Source of the DNA: Eledone cirrhosa
Lineage: Eukaryota
DNA length: 64,000 bases
Direction: 5' to 3'
Assembly (NCBI GenBank): GCA_964016885.1
Contig: OZ024747.1
Coordinates: 68,572,001 to 68,636,000 of the forward strand
Shown: positions 36,101 to 48,375 of the stretch, piece by piece
How the letters are laid out: each line of letters starts with the position of its first letter
Position numbering within the stretch: position 1 is the stretch's first letter
Made by a program: the position numbers and the translations under genes
Notes under the pieces: model-generated
Databases searched by the model: none
The model's input: the letters and a program-made list of their open reading frames with translations, nothing else
What the model was told of the DNA's origin: nothing

Positions 36101-39100
36101 TGAGGAAGTTTAGTTTACATCTAAAAAAATATTTATTGTGTGTCGACAAAAAATATTTTTTTTGTCATATCACCAGTCTGATGAGCAAATCGATACTGGA
36201 GTCGGGTCGATAACTCCTATGGGTTACCTTGAGCCAATCCTTTAAGAAATGCACATAACAGGTCGATGTACAATAAACATTTTTTATATGTAAACGAAAC
36301 TTCCTTGTTTTTTTTCTATTATATACACTCTGCCTGAATATAGAGTGCTTGATTTGGTACCAGTAATTCACTGTACTACCCACACTATATATATACACAT
36401 CACCATCGCCGTTTAATGTCTGCTTTCCCTGCTAGCAAGGGTTGGACATGTCTACATAGACCAAGTCAGTACTGATGGCTACTGTTCTCCCAGACAAGCC
36501 AAGGATTTTTAAAATATTTGTATTTCTATTTGCTAATGCTGAACAAAGAAATAATTAAAAAGCATGTTTAACCCTTTACCATTTATACTCTATATATACT
36601 ATTGTATTTTTGTGGTAAAGGCTTTACCACACATAATTATCACACATAATATCGAGTGTATGAGATTTTGATGTTATTTATTTTAAGAACAATACCTTAA
36701 TATCAATATGAGTGGCTGGTTAAGGTTTGAAGAGAAAGAGGTGACAGAATTCTGGCTGGATGTGGCCAGTTTAAATCCTAAAGTGTTAAATATGTGACTA
36801 ATTTTTTTTTTTTTCATGTTTCTAGGTAAAAGAGGAAAGTTGCTGACAATGCCAATGACTCTTGAGCTAAGCCTTGTTTTGAGCAGGTGTAAATCTATTA
36901 GCTGGCTTATGGACATAGCAGCACCAGATTACTTTTCTGTACGTTCTTTATTTTGTAGGATTTTTTAAGATTTTTGTAAGATTTTGTAAGATTTTTTAAA
37001 AGTTGTCTACTCTTGTCTACACTTTCATACTCACCACATTAGTTAAAAGCCATTTATATGTTATCAAAATTCACTAAAGATGTTATCATAATATCATTAT
37101 CACATCTCCTATTATCATTCCCTCTCATTCTCATCATTGCCAGCTGTATGCCCTGTTATCAGTCATTATCATCACTACCATTGTACTGTTATTAGCTCCA
37201 CCTAAGGGTGGTGGATTGGCAGTATTTGTAGGGTTGGATAACATGCTTTGTGGCATAGAGTTACGACCCTTTGCTTTCTTAGTTCAAATCCCGCTAAGGT
37301 TTTGTCTTTCATCTATATGGGGGGGGGGGGTCATTAAAATAAAGCACCAGTAATACACTGGGGCCATTTAATTGACTTTCCCCTCCCCCTAAAATTGTTG
37401 ATCTTGTGCTTAAATCAGAAACCTTTATTAACTTCACCTCCAGTTGTTATCTCACAATATCATCATCAGTTTAGAGTATATATTTTTATGTAAGCATCAA
37501 TAGGATGGCTCTACAGAGGATCATTTTACCAAAAGGACTTTTTATTTATTAGGTTAAACAACTTTATATTCAACATTTATTACATGCAGATGTGATAAAT
37601 AGAATTGATTGTTCTTACTTAATCTAAAGCAGGCATGTCAAACTGAGGGTCACATGGGTCACATATGTGTTGTCTGAGGGTTACATAGGTCACATATGTG
37701 TTATCTGAGGGTCACATGGGTCACATATGTGTTGTCTGAGGGCCACACATGACAACTAATTGCACACATTTCAACTAATATTTTTTTATTTTCTATTACG
37801 CTCACGCTGTAAAAACCTTTGTGCGGGCCACATGTGAGCTTGTAAAGGGCCACATGTTTGACATGCCTCATCTAAAGTAACTCTCAATGGGGAAGATTTG
37901 ACCTGTTAGCTTTATAGAGGGAATTATATGTTGTGATATTCATACTTTGTTTCTAATCAGTAGTGGAGGAGGAGGCTCTGGAAAGGTAGTAACCAGAGTA
38001 AGATGGAACTTGAAGAGGTTTAGGGAGCTAGTACCTCTACTAACAACTAAAGACTTCTCTTTCAGAGAGAAAGGTAGACTGTATGATGCATGCATGCAAA
38101 GTGAAGTGCTACATGGTAGTAAGACATGGGCCTTGACTGTAGACCTGCAAAAGCTAGAAAGAAATTAGGTTAGTATGCTCTAATGGATGTGTAATGTTGC
38201 TTGTATGACACAGCATAAGTGAACTGAGAGAAAAAACTTGGCATAAGAGGAATTGGAAGAGAAAAGACCACATTCGTATAGACATGTGATGTGTATAGAA
38301 AATGACAGCTGTATAAAGAAGTGCTGATAAATCTCAGTAGATTGGACTCATGTAAGACTTAGATCCCAGAAGATATGGGATAGGATAATGAAGACCAACT
38401 TGAAGCTGAATTTCACGACAGAGATGATAAAGGACTACGAGGATTGGTGACATGCAGTACTAAAGAAGATTCGCCTATCAGAATAAAGAATGTGGATGTG
38501 ACTTGATCCATTCATGCCCCCTCCTTCATGATAGCTGCTTAGTAACTATTCTCACTGTCAATGTACCTCACTACCACTGCTTTATCCAGTATCACTCCCC
38601 ACACCAGTAATAACTCTTTACTAACTGTTTACATCATCACTTGCACCTTCCCACTCTATCTGTGATCACTCCACAACTCCTGCTTTCACATCACCCTGTC
38701 AAATCTTCCCAAATATGTCATATACTCATAACATACTTTCTCCCCTACACCAACCCTTTAAACCAGGGGCGTGCAACAGACGGGCCACAATCTGGCCGGC
38801 CAGACCAGTCAGAGTCCGCGATGACCGTTTTTAATTTTTACCTTGTAGACTTAGAATTTTTTTCGTAAGCGTAATACAATTTTCTGTTGACCTATACTAA
38901 AGGGCTTCACTGGGTTATGTGTGTTATAATTTCCCAGTTCCATGTTATGGAAAGAAGTTGTGGCGAATCTTTGGAATATCATCATCATCATTTTACGTCA
39001 GCTTTTCCCTGCTTGCAAGGGTGGGACGGGTCTTATTCAGCACAGCATCTCTCCACTCGTCACGGTCCCTCGTCATCTCTACCGTGAGCTTCAATGATCT

Positions 39101-42100
39101 GAGGTCTGTTCTCACCACCTCCGCCCATGTTTTTCGTGGTCTACCTCTACCACGTCTTCCTTCAACTGGCAATTCCTGGCACTTCTTCACCTCAGTCTCC
39201 TCTCCCGTACACTACATTCTATCCCTCTCAGACACAGTTTCTCTCTCAACACATTTATGCTGGGTCGTTCACGTACATTTACACTGCACATCCAACGGAG
39301 CATGCTTGCCTCATTTCTCTCCAGCCGTCGCATATCCTCTGCAGTTGCTGCCCATGTCTCACTACCATGCAGCATCGCGCTCCTCACACAGGCATCATAC
39401 AACCGGCCTTTCGTACGCAGGGAGAAACCCTTCTTCGTCAACAGAGGAAGCAGCTCCCTAAACTTCTTCCAACCCGTCCTTATTCTAGATACTATGGCCT
39501 CGGAACACCCTCCTCCCATGCTAATCTGATCTCCTAGGTACCGGAAGCTATCCACCACTTCTATAGCGCCCTCCTGCATTTGAAAAATGTGTCTATCAAT
39601 GCGACTTCTACTGTCTAATTTCCCTGTACATCTACTGCATACATATTTCTCCCTACCTGTTAGTTTGCCTGCTATCCCGCTACATCTCTTGTGTACCCAG
39701 GATCTGCATAGTGCTTAATAAATATTAATGGCCCTAATAGTTGTTCCAATGTTCAGAAGTGGCCAGCCAATGGAATATGTTGCACACCCCTGATTTAAAC
39801 CATACCATATTTGCCATGCCCCTATGACATTATACATGCCACCCTCCTTCCCATTTCCAGCTTATTGTCATCATGAAATCATACTTATCCTTGTTACTCC
39901 CCACACCTCCCCCCTATAACATGCCCCACTTGGGACAGGTCTCCGTAAGTAGAGAGGGCTTTTCAGTTGGGTCATGGATCAATAATCTGCCTATTGCTGG
40001 TGCCACGATAGAATGCACCCAGCACAGTTTGTAATGTGGTTGGTGTTTGGAAGAGATCCAGCCATAGCAACCATGCCAAAAAAGATTGAGAAGACCTTTC
40101 AATCACTGCTCTATAATCTCTGTAGTGCTGGTACCATCATAAAACACCCAGTACACTCTGTAAAGTGGTTGGTGATAGAAAGGACATCCAGTCATAGAAA
40201 ACTTGCCAAACAAAGGTTTAAGAGGACTTTTAAGTAATGTTAGATATGATGGTCTCCTTAGTGTGGAAATGTATGCAAGCAAGATGTCCTTTCTAATGCC
40301 AGCCGCTTTACAGAGTGTACTGGGTGCATTTTCTTATGGCATCAACATTATTACTTTACGGAATGTACTAGGTGCATTTTATTGTGACACCGGCGCTACC
40401 AAGGTCTCTCGCTAATATAGAAACTACCATTTTGACATAGTTGCTTGTTTAATACATCTTAGCCTAGTTTTATTTCAAACTTTCTTATTGTTTTTATTAT
40501 TATATAGGCTTATGAAACTCTGATTAGTTTGGCAATGGAAGAAAAAAAATTTGTTTCTCGGAAGAAGGTAATCAAATTATATTTTACTACAGGGATATTT
40601 TTTTAAACAATTTCTTTTTCTCTTGTGTAAACCATTTAAAGAAAATATAGTGACCTTATTAAATTAAATGAATGTCTATGAAAGAAAATTAATAATAATT
40701 TACAAGATATATTTGTGTGATATTCTGTCAAAAGTTAGTCTTCAATGCATTTTATCTGTTTGAGCTTTTTATAAACCAATTACTTTCTATTCTAATTAAA
40801 TATTTTAAAACAGTTCCTGAGATTATTGCTAAAAGCAATTTAGTTGTTGCTATTGTTAGGTGGCAAATTGGCAGAGTTGTTAGAACATTGGATAGAATAC
40901 TTTGTGGTATTTATTCCGGCTCTCTAATCTCTGAGTTCAAATCCCTCCGAGGTCAACTTTACCTTTCATCCTTTTGTTGTTGATAAAAAGAAGTACCAGT
41001 CTAGTATTGAGATCAATTCTTCTTCTCTATCTCTTTCTCACTTACGCCAGACTTAAAATACCTAAGAAACGCCATATGCCACTGCAGCACCCCACCATCA
41101 GGAGTTATGGAACCATACCATATGATCTCATACCAATGCTAGATCATCCCCATTGAATAGTTCACTTAATCTGTTTCCTAGTTTAACACCATTACTTGGC
41201 CCTTGAGTGCCTTTAGTGGAATCTTATCTGTTGCAAGCATTTGGATCATGTTTCGGTTTGAGGATACTTTTTCCCCTCCTTTCCATTAATGTCAGAAGCC
41301 TCCCTAAAGTGTTATGAGTTTTGCTCTTCCTCTTGACTAAGCAATAAAAATGAAATGGTAGGGTATAATTGCGTAAGATTTTGTTATTATCTTTACCCAT
41401 GTTTTATTATCCACAGCACACTTAAGAACAAATAAAACTATTTTGATTAATTTTAAAACAAGTAAAAATATTTCAATATTATTTAAAAGAAGTATTTATG
41501 CAAATTAGCATAGCATAAAGTAGAAATATAGATAATTAAAAATACAGAAAGGAAATACAAATAAGTATATTTGTATTTCTTTTAATCATCAATAAATAAA
41601 TCAAAGTTATCAATGAGAAACATGCATTTGGTATTTTTTTGACAGTATTTTTATTCTTAGTTTATTTGTTTCCCATTTTGACAGTTTTATGTTGCCAAGT
41701 ATACTTGAACTGACAGCTACCTTTAGTTCTACAACCATTATGACTCACAACAATGTCTTTCTGATTATATATTGTTGTTGTGTTTTAATGAAAATCACTT
41801 TCTCATTGTTGTCTTCTTTTATCATAGACTCTTCTGGCCATGGCTAAACTTTGTCTTTTGTGTACTGATAAAGCAGATCCTAATCTTACCTCTGGTATGT
41901 ATTCTTATGCATTCATTTAAAATCTCTTTATGACATGAATTTAAATAGTAGTGTTTTGTTTTGAACTGTAATTTCTTGAAATGACTAATTTGATAAAATA
42001 TACTTCTGTACAAAACTAGTGTGTCAGTTTTATTTGGTTATATTTCCTGGTTAAGTGGGAGTTTATTTTAAAGAAAATGTATCAAAATTGCTCTTCTTAA

Positions 42101-45100
42101 ATATTTAGTTCTTCAGAAAACCCTAATAAAAATAACATTCATCAATTTTACTTTTGCCTTTCCTGGCCTGTGTTGGGTGAATCACTACAGACCAAGTTAG
42201 TTTTTATTTAGAGTTATTGCCTTTCAAATCAGGTTGGGAGCTATGTCTCGCATGTACATTCCATATTTGACATGGTTTCTATTGCTGGATACTCTTCCTA
42301 TTGCTGATCCTCTTACAGTGTGTATTTTATTGTGGTACTAGCACTAGAGTGGTAGTCTTGTCTCTGACAATACTAAAGATACCTCTATTCCCTATCTTGT
42401 CTCCGTTTGTTAGAGAAAAAGCTCATGTTTGGAAAGGGAGGGTTGTAATGGATGAATTTATCTCCAGTATTCAGCTGTACCTGTTTCAACAAATCTGGAT
42501 GATTTGGAATTCAAAGTCGACCCTGGTGATATTTGAACATTAATACTATTCTGTGAGGTTGACAAAGACACACAAACCATGGGAGGAATAGAGTTAATTG
42601 TTGTAAACAGCAAAGGCTCCAATATAATTGTTGAATATTGTAATATCTGTGTTGAGCTCCAGAATGCACTCTTTACTGTGATGAAGAAGAAAATAAGATT
42701 ATCCTCAGTTGGGCAACTCATCTGTGTAACAACTTAGTCTGGGAGGAAAGGGTAGCACCTATGACTCTTTATTTTTTCAGAACCTCCACCTGTCTTCTTA
42801 CTTCTTCCTACTAATTTTACATAGCTATGCAATTTGTCTAAAAATTTGTTTTGAACTGTTTTTTAAGACTTCTTCAGTGGGTGGTTTCAAAATTGTATGT
42901 AGGTGAACCCCTGTTTAAAAGCATCAAATCTAGTTTGGTTCTAACATTCTAAAGATGATGATGATGATCACCTTCATCATTGTTTTTACACACATTTTTC
43001 TTCACTTGCATGGATTGGACGGGATCTTTTCAGCACAGCATCTCTCCAGATGCCGTGATCCTTCGTCATCTCCATTAACAACCATAATATTACATGTTGA
43101 TGTTAGTCTAATTAAGTCTGTTAATTGTATTACAGAAATTAATGCTGAACAAGCTTTAATCACACATCAAGAACTAATCCCACAGGAAGTATTTCAGGTA
43201 AATATATTCTTCATGATTATTTATTGTTAGAGGCAGTGTTTTAATTTTGTCAATTGTCTGTACATATGCAAACACATAATATTCATGTCTGCACATACAT
43301 AAACATCTCTGTTCACACACTTACTCATATCTGTGTGTGTGTGTGTAAAAGGACATCTAGTACTACATATCAAATGTATTTTTCACTTTTAGTTAGCAGG
43401 ATTTGATTAGAGGAAAATGTTGGTGTTATTTTTAACAGGTCAGGTAACCATGTAGAAGCTCTCTTGTATAATTTAAGATTTTATGCTGAGGTGAATTGGC
43501 AAGTATATATGAGCTAGTGAGTTCAAATTGAAATCGTCATCATCTTTGTTTTAGATCTGCTTTTCCATGTTGGCATGGGTTGGACAAAACATTTCTAAGG
43601 AAGTTTTTCTTGACCCCCAACCTTTATTTTATTATTTAAAAGTTTGGTATGTATTGCTGACAATCACCAAACTGCTAAACTGTGTCATATTGTTTATGAG
43701 GGACTTAAACAAACATCACCTGGCTTTAATGATGATGATACTTAATTAAATCTCTTTGTTTATATATATATATATATACACACATATATATAGAAGACAA
43801 ACAAACGGACAATTACGCAAAGTATTAGTTTTACACTTGTTCATCATCATCATCATCATCACCGTTTTACGTCCGTTCTTCCACGCTAGCATGGGTTAGA
43901 CGGGTTGTCCTGTTGTGGGCAGTGTCTGGTCGGCTGACCATGCCTTGCTCATACAGGAACTGATTTGGCTTGGTTTCTACAGCTGGATGCCCTTCCTAAC
44001 ACCAACCTCATTTACAGTGAGTGCTGGGTACTTTTTTCCGTTGTGCCTACACGTCCACTTTACAGTGTGGGCTGGGTGCTTTTTTTCCGTGGCACCTCCA
44101 CGACCACCTTGCGGTGGGGGATGTGGGGGCATATTGTCTATATGCTTCAGCTTGTACCCATGGGAGGTCGGGTACTCTGTATTACTGCGTGACGCCAGAA
44201 GTCACGGTCGTGTGTCATTGTCTTTGAGAGGTGTAATTGGGTAAGGTCGGCTTTTATCACCTCATCCCAGGTCATCTTGGGTCTCCCCACTCCGCGGTTT
44301 CCATCAACTTCTAGTGCTCTGCACCTTGTTAGAATAGGAAAAAGAATGTTACAATGCATCGGGCATTAGACTTTCATCAGGAAAGAGTGACGCTAGAAGA
44401 CAATAAAAAGGGGGAGGGGCAGGCATGTAAGGGTGTATGTACTCCGTCACACACAAACCTGTGTGGTCCTATATCATACTAAGGAAGGTATACTGATATT
44501 GAGTTCTTAATCCTTATTACACCTTTGTTTATTGATCTGTGTTGTAACTGCGAAACAAACCAATGATTAATTAACATGAAATAACAACAACTAATATTTA
44601 TATGTATGTGTATGTGTATATATACACATATATATATATATATATATAGGCACGTGGCTGAGTGGTAAGAGAATTGGACCGTGGCGATGCGTTATGTCTT
44701 TGAACAAGACGCTTTGCTTCACGTTGCTCCTTCTACCTGGAGTTGTGACCAATAGATAGTATTAGCAATTGGAAAGACCAACGGAAACATTGTTTCCTCA
44801 GTCTGATTTGACGAAAGTCGATCAACTGTCATATATATACACACATACATATATATATATATACACATACATATATATATAATTCAACTACTCTCCTCTG
44901 TTTCATGATTAGTTCAAATCTACTGCTGGTGTACTATTATTTCTGGTTTCTTCACAAAACATTTAATTCTACTTTATCCCAGCTCACCTAGACATAGTGA
45001 ATAGATACCAGCACCAGATTTTCCTATCTTCTGTATAAAACGATTTTCTTTTTATTTAGTTAGTTAGGTGAAGAGGGCCAATGCTTATAATTTTTTACAG

Positions 45101-48100
45101 GTCCTCTAACACTGATAAGATTGACTCAGGCATTGCCTTGTCTGAATATCTGCAAGAAAATGTAATGGGAATGGAACTACGATTCTGGTCCAAATGTTTA
45201 AAGATTAGGTGATAATATGAAACCAAGGAGTGTTTTAGGTCTACCCCCCCCCCCCCCCCGCCCTTATAGAAACTATAGTTAAGTTTTAGTCATATTTTAT
45301 ATTCTATGGCAATAGTTCTCAAAGTAAGCATTACCACCCCCTGAGGGCCTTTGAGATGGTCCAGTGGGCGTTGGGGCCTAAGGAGGTGGGCGTTGGGGCC
45401 TAAGGAGGTGGGCTCGGTAGAGATGATATAATAGTATATTAAATATCAAATGATACATATTATATATAAATGTAGTAAAATGAGAAATATATATTTATTT
45501 ATTATATATAAATTAATGATTTTATTTATTATATATTATTTACAATTTGCATGTAGGCAGGTCTCTCTGGAAATGGGGGGAGGGGGGTTTACGTGGCCAT
45601 GAGTGGTCCAGTGACCCCAAAAGTTTGAGAACCTCTGTTCTGTGGGAAAAAATTTTCCTTTTTTGAATGTTAACAAAACTATATTTAATCCTTTTTTATT
45701 GACCCCCTAAAGCTAAAGATTGCAGCCACTTTGATTTTTAAAAATGTTATGTTTGTATTTGATATTAAAACATTTTTTCCTGTTAATATTTTTATCTTTT
45801 CTTTTCCAGAGTAGTTGCATTGATCCTAACAATATGAGAGTTCTACTGCCCCATGAAATGATTGAGGTCAGTTTTTATTATATTCCTTTTCTTCTATCTG
45901 TTCTGTTTGTTACCTTTTATATTTTCAATGCTGAGATTGATGGATTGTGAAAGTCTTCGATGGAAAGAAGAGACCTTCATGGTGGGGTACAAATTGATAT
46001 TGGTATTTCATTTTCATGATCTCCCTGGCCTATTACACTGTCTAGCAATATGTTTTATGAAGAAAACTATTTGCTTCGTTGATAATCTTTCCTCGTTGGA
46101 AATCATCAATAACTTTGATCTGAATGAAGAGTGGCAAAGATCATGGAGTGAGTCCAAATTTGCCAACCAAGACCTCGTCCAGGACCCCACATTTGAACTA
46201 GTTGGCTTTGAACTTCCTAGAAAGCAATGGGTGTCCCATAATCAAATCCACACAACACATGACAAGACAGCCCATTATCTCCATCGATGAAAAAAGGCCT
46301 AGCAGGTGACTGTGGGGACCCTGACCAGACAGAGCTGCATGTTATTTGAGATTGCCCCCTCAGACGTTTTTCTGGCAGGCTGGAGGCAATCCATAATGTT
46401 GCAAATAACGCCATGGTTTGGCTTGCCAGTCTCGATCTGTCTCTCTAACAATTGTGTACATGTCATACGACAAGAGGAAGACTAGTGAATTAATCTTTAA
46501 CATTAGCAAAAACATTTGATTTTAAAAGTATGTGTTCAAAGTATTTATGCATTCAAATAAGATATCAACTCTGTTAACATGGCTAAAGGAATATAAAATG
46601 ATATAAAGTAATGTGAAACATCTATTGTGTTGGTTTTATATTAAACAAGAATATTCAACTAAAATTATAAAAGACATTAAAATGGACAAGATCTTGTCCT
46701 GGAATCTTAAAAGTCGTTCTTTAGATTTATGATGGTAGTCTATGTAATTTGATAATACAACTAACAGATTAGTTTGGAGTTGTGCAGTATCGAGGTTAAT
46801 TCTTTGTTTTTCTTTATTTTGACAGCTCTATATTCATGAAGATAATTTACAAGCCACCGAGTATCATTTTAAAATGGCTCTGGATCTCCTTGTATTTGTC
46901 AGAGAAGTATGTTTTTATTTAGTGTCATTTTGTGTGTTTTTTCTTTAGAAAATACTATTTGAATCTGAAATCAGATTAACTTCTTTTTTTTTTTCCACTA
47001 GATTATTTTGTGTAGTAATTATTTTCTTGGGGTATGGTGTATCAAAGTAAGCAAAAGAATTTACTCTAGCCTATATAGTGTGAGTAGTGTAGCTGCCTGG
47101 CTCAATGAGAAGAATGTACTATAGCCTATGAAGTGTGGTGTAGTTGGTTGGGTACAGGACACCAACTTTGTTTTTTTTTTGTAAATATTAAGTTAGGGGG
47201 AAAAAGGAGCAGCATCTGTCATGTTTTCAAGCCTATGTGGTGGTATTGCTGCAACTGTCTTTTGGAATTATTGGTAAAACATTTGAACTTCCTATCTTCA
47301 GTAATTTCTGAGATGTCATAAGAGACATTGAAGCTGTCAATCAAACAAATAAACATACCAACAACAATAAACAACAAACAAACACTGGCATCTAATCTAA
47401 AAACTCTGACATTTAACATATTTAACTGTTTGTTGGTTATGTTAAATGTCAGCAAATGATGGCAGCAACATAATTAATACTTCTGAAGGAGAATGTAAAA
47501 GGATTATTGAATGTATTCACAAAATTGCAGGATTTGTCTGAAAAAGAGAAGACATAGCAGAACCACAACAGGATTATTTTAACATTAGTAGACCCAGGCC
47601 TTCAATAGTCATAATAGCATTGAACCTTTTTAATTTTGGGTGTCCAGAATTAATATACCATATAAAGGATGAAGATTCCATTACTCCTTGTGGAGTCGTA
47701 GAGGCACCGTCGTGCAGTATTTTGAGGGATTTACTAAAATTATTATTTCATTAGCAAGATAGTAACTTAATGTAAGGTTCTTATATAAAATTATGTTGGG
47801 GGATTTTAATTTAAATTGGAAACCTTTAAAATGGGTGGTTTTATTTCATAGAACTAGGGCCGGTTTTGGCTGAGTTGGTAACTAAAGGGTTAGATTTAAA
47901 TGAAACCACACCAGCACCAAATAAAATAAAAGAAAAACTCTCTAATCACTTTATTTTGTCATTTCAATAATTTTAGAAAGAACCTGATATTGACTGCCAA
48001 GCACTCTTTTACCATATATGGGCCCAGTCAGTCTTGAGAAACAAGTGAGTGGAATGTATTTTCTAATTAAGTTTTGTATTTGTCAAGTTATATTTGCTAT

Positions 48101-48343
48101 TTCAAGTCCTTTATATTGCTAACAACTTTATCATCAAGTTAAACTTCTACTTATTTTCCAAATCGTGACAAGTGAAATCTGCCTCATACATTAACTATTA
48201 GATGTTGCATCTAATTTGATTGAAGCTTTGTTTCCTGAATATATATATATATAAATAAATATATGTGTGTGTGGGTAATAATAAATATTTCCCAATTACA
48301 AGTATGAAAATAGCTCAATGTAAAATACCAAGTATACTACAGA

Positions 48344-48375
<32 letters not shown>

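Larger units (their letters stand above)
37955..40200 (+). mobile_element. Old RTE LINE (ORF2 3' part plus 3'UTR) interrupted by a hAT MITE
   Basis: SSGGG...FRELVPLLTTKDFS...KGRLYDAC...LHGSKTW. 3'UTR motifs resume after 39792. Confidence 0.75.
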
